From the NCBI GenBank assembly GCA_044226015.1, contig JBGAHS010000006.1, forward strand, positions 224,001 to 288,000: DNA of 64,000 bases. Direction: 5' to 3'. Below are positions 60,620 to 64,000 of this stretch, in pieces. The position numbers were made by a program, and so were the translations under genes. Below the pieces are notes generated by a model. It did no database searches. It had not been told where the DNA came from and saw nothing but the letters and a program-made list of their open reading frames with translations. The DNA is from Candidatus Obscuribacteraceae bacterium. GTDB taxonomy: Bacteria; Cyanobacteriota; Vampirovibrionia; Obscuribacterales; Obscuribacteraceae. Within the stretch, counting starts at the first letter, position 1, and every line of letters starts with the position of its first letter.

Positions 60620-61840
60620 CTAACCGGAGAGTGCCTCACTTACTCTGGCAGCTCCCGAAAAGACGTCGCTCACTGAGGTTGAATCATCGAGCATCAGATC
60701 AACACGTTCCAAAATCTTCCCAAAAACTTCGCGTAAATTCCTCTGATTCTGTCCTGCAATTTGTGCCCACATCTCGGGCTGGCTCTTCATCAAGCGACTA
60801 AGCCCCATCAAGGCTCCGCCAGAAAGGCATAACAAGTCCCGATCACCTTGTTCAATCATTTCCTGCTCAATCAATTCTCCAAGCGCACTTGCAAAAAGTT
60901 GAATTGAATGACTGGTAAGTGCGACGGTGCGATCGTGCGCGGCAGCACTGGTAATGAATACTCTTAGATCAAGCTTGCCAAACCAGCTTTTCAATCTTGC
61001 AATTGAAATTTCAGATGACTTGCTTGTTGGAACCAGACAAATCGTCTTGCCGGCAACCGTAACTTCGTCAGAATTTTCAAATCCACGTTTTTCGGTTCCA
61101 AAGAATGGATGCGCGCCAATGAATTCAGCTCCGTTGAGCTCAAGATTCTCGGCTAGATTACAAATCTCAGTTTTTGTTGAACAGAGATCAATAACTAGTT
61201 GACCTGGGCTCAAGTGAGGTGCAAGCTGCTTCAACATACTAATACTCACATCCGGAGGGCATGCAAGCACTATGAGAGATGAATTAGCAATCGAGTGTTC
61301 TGTGATTTCGGCGGCACACTCATCAAATATTTTGCTTTCAATCAATCGCGAAAGAGTTTCTTTTTGATCAATAGCCGATATCGAAGTTCCAGGAAGAATA
61401 GACTTAACCTGGCGAGCAAAAGCCCCGCCAATCAGCCCTGTTCCGACAACACAAATACTAGGAAACAATCGTTCAGATCGCGTCTTGTTTTCCTCGCATG
61501 CATTTGCTAGCTGTTGGAAATCAGCACTCTCTTTCATGATCGATTTGAAAATCCTAAGAACAAATTCCTTGCTGCTTCTTTGCGAAAGAGCACGGGAAAC
61601 ATTTTCAAGCACTATTTGTTCTCTAGTTCCATCATGAACCTGCCGCCCCATCGCGGCTTTGGTCCTTCCTATCTCAAGGCTGAGATCAAAGCGTTTTGCA
61701 AGAAGCGCAATAATCTGTTCATCGAGCGTATCGATGCCCTCACGGAGAGCATCAATTCTATTCTGGTCAATATTTGCTGCAGAATTGCAGCCGTCTTCAA
61801 TTAATTGCCCCTGGCGGGGCCAGTTCTTCGACAAAGACAT
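60620..61840 (-). CDS. tyrA: Chorismate mutase - prephenate dehydrogenase fusion
   Basis: LRE.ID.LD.QI..LL.KR....IG..K CM domain; VVGTGLIGG, D..STK, GAHP.FG.E..G, HD..VA.TSH. Confidence 0.88.
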   Translation of the reverse strand: MSLSKNWPRQGQLIEDGCNSAANIDQNRIDALREGIDTLDEQIIALLAKRFDLSLEIGRTKAAMGRQVHDGTREQIVLENVSRALSQRSSKEFVLRIFKSIMKESADFQQLANACEENKTRSERLFPSICVVGTGLIGGAFARQVKSILPGTSISAIDQKETLSRLIESKIFDECAAEITEHSIANSSLIVLACPPDVSISMLKQLAPHLSPGQLVIDLCSTKTEICNLAENLELNGAEFIGAHPFFGTEKRGFENSDEVTVAGKTICLVPTSKSSEISIARLKSWFGKLDLRVFITSAAAHDRTVALTSHSIQLFASALGELIEQEMIEQGDRDLLCLSGGALMGLSRLMKSQPEMWAQIAGQNQRNLREVFGKILERVDLMLDDSTSVSDVFSGAARVSEALSG

Positions 61841-61857
61841 TTCAAATTTCCCCTTCT

Positions 61858-62751
61858 TTATACGCAGGCTGCGCGATGATTGCGATCGATTCCAGGTGCG
61901 AAGCTTGTCTCGCGAACAACATGCACAGGAGCTTGCACTCTGCGTCCAACTGCGGCTGCGACCGGACGTAGGCTTTCAATGAGTTGAACCATTGCTTCAA
62001 GTGAAAGAGCTTGACGTGCATCAGATACTGATTTCTCTGGCTCGGGATGGCATTCGATCATCAGTCCATCAGCACCACACGCGACAGCGGCTCTGGAGAG
62101 GTCTGCAATCAATTCATGTTTTCCAGCGGCGTGGCTGGGGTCAACAATCACTGGAAGATGCGTTAGCTGCTTCAAAGCTACAACAGCGCCGAGGTCAAGA
62201 ACATTTCTAGTGAACGTATCGAAGCTTCTGATTCCGCGCTCACACAGAATAACCTGATGATTTCCGTGTGCCATAATGTATTCAGCAGCCATGATGAATT
62301 CTTCAATCGTCGCTGAAAGCCCACGCTTCAGTACAACAGGCTTGTTGCATTTGCCGACAGCCTTAAGGAGATCGAAATTCTGCATATTGCGGCTGCCTAT
62401 CTGCAGGACATCAGAATGATTGCAAACGTCTTCAATTTGTGACTCTGTCATCACTTCGGTAATTGTGGGAATCGCGAAGCGCTCAGTAATATCGGCGAGA
62501 ATCTTCAGTCCATCAAGACCCATTCCCTGGAAGGAGTATGGGGAAGTGCGAGGTTTGAAAGCGCCACCACGAATTGCTTGAACCGGACCATGCTTTAGAG
62601 TCTGGGCGACGAGGTCCATTTGTTCTTTGCTTTCGATTGTGCAAGGACCACCAACGATGAAGATATCAGTGCCTCCCACTTCGAAATTGCCGACCTTAAC
62701 GGTGCTCTTGACCATGCCTTCGTTCTTCAAAACTAATTTAGCGTCTTTCAT
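61858..62751 (-). CDS. aroF: 3-deoxy-7-phosphoheptulonate (DAHP) synthase, type I-beta
   Basis: GPCTIES, RGGAFKPRTSPYSFQG, QIGSRNMQNF, LKRG, CERGIR, DPSH; RBS GGAGG. Confidence 0.93.
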   Translation of the reverse strand: MKDAKLVLKNEGMVKSTVKVGNFEVGGTDIFIVGGPCTIESKEQMDLVAQTLKHGPVQAIRGGAFKPRTSPYSFQGMGLDGLKILADITERFAIPTITEVMTESQIEDVCNHSDVLQIGSRNMQNFDLLKAVGKCNKPVVLKRGLSATIEEFIMAAEYIMAHGNHQVILCERGIRSFDTFTRNVLDLGAVVALKQLTHLPVIVDPSHAAGKHELIADLSRAAVACGADGLMIECHPEPEKSVSDARQALSLEAMVQLIESLRPVAAAVGRRVQAPVHVVRETSFAPGIDRNHRAACV

Positions 62752-62769
62752 TGTTCCTCCAGATGTATT

Positions 62770-62816
62770 AAAAGAAAAATCCCGAACCCTTCCATTTCTT
62801 GGGGGAGTTCGGGACT
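62770..62816 (-). terminator. Attenuator terminator 2 (proximal to aroF)
   Basis: Minus strand TCCCGAACTCCCCC...GAAGGGTTCGGGA followed by TTTTTCTTTT. Confidence 0.85.
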
Positions 62817-62844
62817 TTGTAGTGGTGATTTGGACACGACTATG

Positions 62845-62898
62845 TCACCCGGGGCTCCCCCTGGTTGCGTAAACATAGCTGTAATACCAATTTCTCAC
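62845..62898 (-). CDS. Attenuator leader peptide 2: MRNWYYSYVYATRGSPG
   Basis: GTG AGA AAT TGG TAT TAC AGC TAT GTT TAC ... TGA; 4 Tyr + 1 Trp; AAGG upstream; its 3' end GGGGGAG is complementary to CTCCCCC in terminator 2. Confidence 0.8.
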   Translation of the reverse strand: MRNWYYSYVYATRGSPG

Positions 62899-62927
62899 TT
62901 TGCTCGACCTTTGATGAATTTGCCCTC

Positions 62928-62960
62928 AAAACGAAAAGACCGCAGAAACTATCTGCGGTC
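62928..62960 (-). terminator. Attenuator terminator 1
   Basis: Minus strand GACCGCAGA-tagtt-TCTGCGGTC-TTTTCGTTTT. Confidence 0.88.
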
Positions 62961-62995
62961 CACCTTTGCTAATCTCGCTCGCGTCACTACGCGGC

Positions 62996-63046
62996 TCAGC
63001 TAAGGTGAACCTCCATTTGCCAGTAATAGTAGTACGCGCGTTTCAA
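62996..63046 (-). CDS. Attenuator leader peptide 1: MKRAYYYYWQMEVHLS
   Basis: RBS AGGAG, TTG AAA CGC GCG TAC TAC TAT TAC TGG ... TGA; GGTTCACCTT pairs with AAGGTGGACC, which overlaps the 5' arm of terminator 1. Confidence 0.85.
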   Translation of the reverse strand: MKRAYYYYWQMEVHLS

Positions 63047-63071
63047 GGGAAAACTCCTAACAACTCCAGTC

Positions 63072-63100
63072 ATCCTATACCTAACTCCCTATGCCGTCAA
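63072..63100 (-). promoter_or_regulatory. Sigma70-type promoter of the leader-aroF-tyrA transcript
   Basis: Minus strand TTGACG (63100-63095), 17 bp spacer, TAGGAT (63077-63072). Confidence 0.75.
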
Positions 63101-63502
63101 CCCATTTGTTAACCTTACCTCAGTAATTGGGCTTTATGAGTGGTGGAACCACCATAAAGATAGGCATTCGCAGACTTCACATCAAATCAGTGCCGAGAAT
63201 CTTAGTTCTATATATTATTGAAGGGGTAGTCCTCGCCTTCAGTATCGCGCTCTCAGCCGATTGACTGATGCGCATAGGAGATTCGCGCGATCTCTGTGCT
63301 CCACTGGTGATCGAATACTGCACCAAATCAGCAGTACCAAAGAAATTTGAAAAAAAATGGAATTTTGCTGGAACATAGACTGGCACCGGGCGTCTCAGGT
63401 TACATGTTCTCCTAAAGTTCAATTATTTATTGTGTGTGGAACAGCAGGCTAACGCTTTGGTCCTGTTGCATATTTTTGGCAGCCTACGTCGGAGTTGACT
63501 CA

Positions 63503-64000
63503 ATGAAAAAACTATTTGGTGGCGCACTAGCTCTTTTATCAGCATTCGTAATGATCTCATCTGCAACACCAGCTCAAGCACAAGGGCTAGTGAACACTTT
63601 AAGAGGAATCGCAAGCGATCCATCTGTAGACAACTACTTGCGCACAAAATTCTCTGGCTATTCTAATTTAGCGCCTATCAATGGATACGTTGGCTACAAC
63701 AACGGATACTATCCTCCAGTAAATGGCTACAACAACGGTGGTCTTCTGAATTCCTTAGGCAATGGACTGCTCGGAAATAACTATTACAACAATGGCAATG
63801 TTCCATACAACGGTTATGGATACAACGGAAATTTGGACCCAACTCTGTATCCGACTTCGTACGGTAACACACTGAATGGCGCAGCGAATTGGAATGCTGG
63901 AAACAATTGGTCAGGTTCAAACGGAAATGGAAGGCACCACAAGCGCCACCATCATAGTTGCGGTGGACCAAACAACGGATTCTACTCCATGCAAAATGGA
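63503..64000 (+). CDS. Secreted Asn/Gly/Tyr-rich protein, 3' end beyond the window
   Basis: RBS GGAG; MKKLFGGALALLSAFVMISSATPAQA signal peptide, then NGYVGYNNGYYPPVNGYNNGG... open to the window end; absent from the ORF track because it has no stop. Confidence 0.75.
   Translation, partial: MKKLFGGALALLSAFVMISSATPAQAQGLVNTLRGIASDPSVDNYLRTKFSGYSNLAPINGYVGYNNGYYPPVNGYNNGGLLNSLGNGLLGNNYYNNGNVPYNGYGYNGNLDPTLYPTSYGNTLNGAANWNAGNNWSGSNGNGRHHKRHHHSCGGPNNGFYSMQNG

Noticed and set aside
62770..63070. T-box riboswitch interpretation of the aroF leader
   Set aside because: No T-box consensus (GGTGG.ACC in an AA..A context with stem I/specifier loop) of adequate length; RBS-led Tyr/Trp-rich ORFs explain the structure better

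Overview
Gene-dense bacterial chromosomal window with no rRNA, tRNA, CRISPR array or recognisable transposase/integrase. The mix of TPR-bearing Ser/Thr kinases, giant Lys/Glu-rich proteins and fermentative genes suggests a non-photosynthetic Cyanobacteria relative (Vampirovibrionia/Melainabacteria, Obscuribacterales-like); this is an inference only. Recognisable content: glgX, ppk1, three glycosyltransferases, a complete group 3b (sulfhydrogenase-type) [NiFe]-hydrogenase locus (four subunits, hypABCDEF, maturation protease, a second HypC-like gene, three universal stress protein genes, a CoA-transferase) and an aroF-tyrA operon. Main points of interest: (1) two consecutive Tyr/Trp-rich leader-peptide attenuators upstream of aroF-tyrA, each with its own terminator and antiterminator and both below the ORF-track size cutoff; (2) a tightly coupled methyltransferase + RNA ligase + HD-phosphoesterase/polynucleotide kinase operon that looks like a heal/seal/methylate RNA-repair system; (3) a probable polymorphic nuclease toxin-immunity pair; (4) a giant reading frame with two cell-wall hydrolase-like domains, interrupted by one in-frame TGA; (5) a spermidine-synthase fusion with a Gly/His/Trp-rich tail, coupled to a FemX-type transferase. 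All family calls come from motif recognition by eye; no database searches were run.
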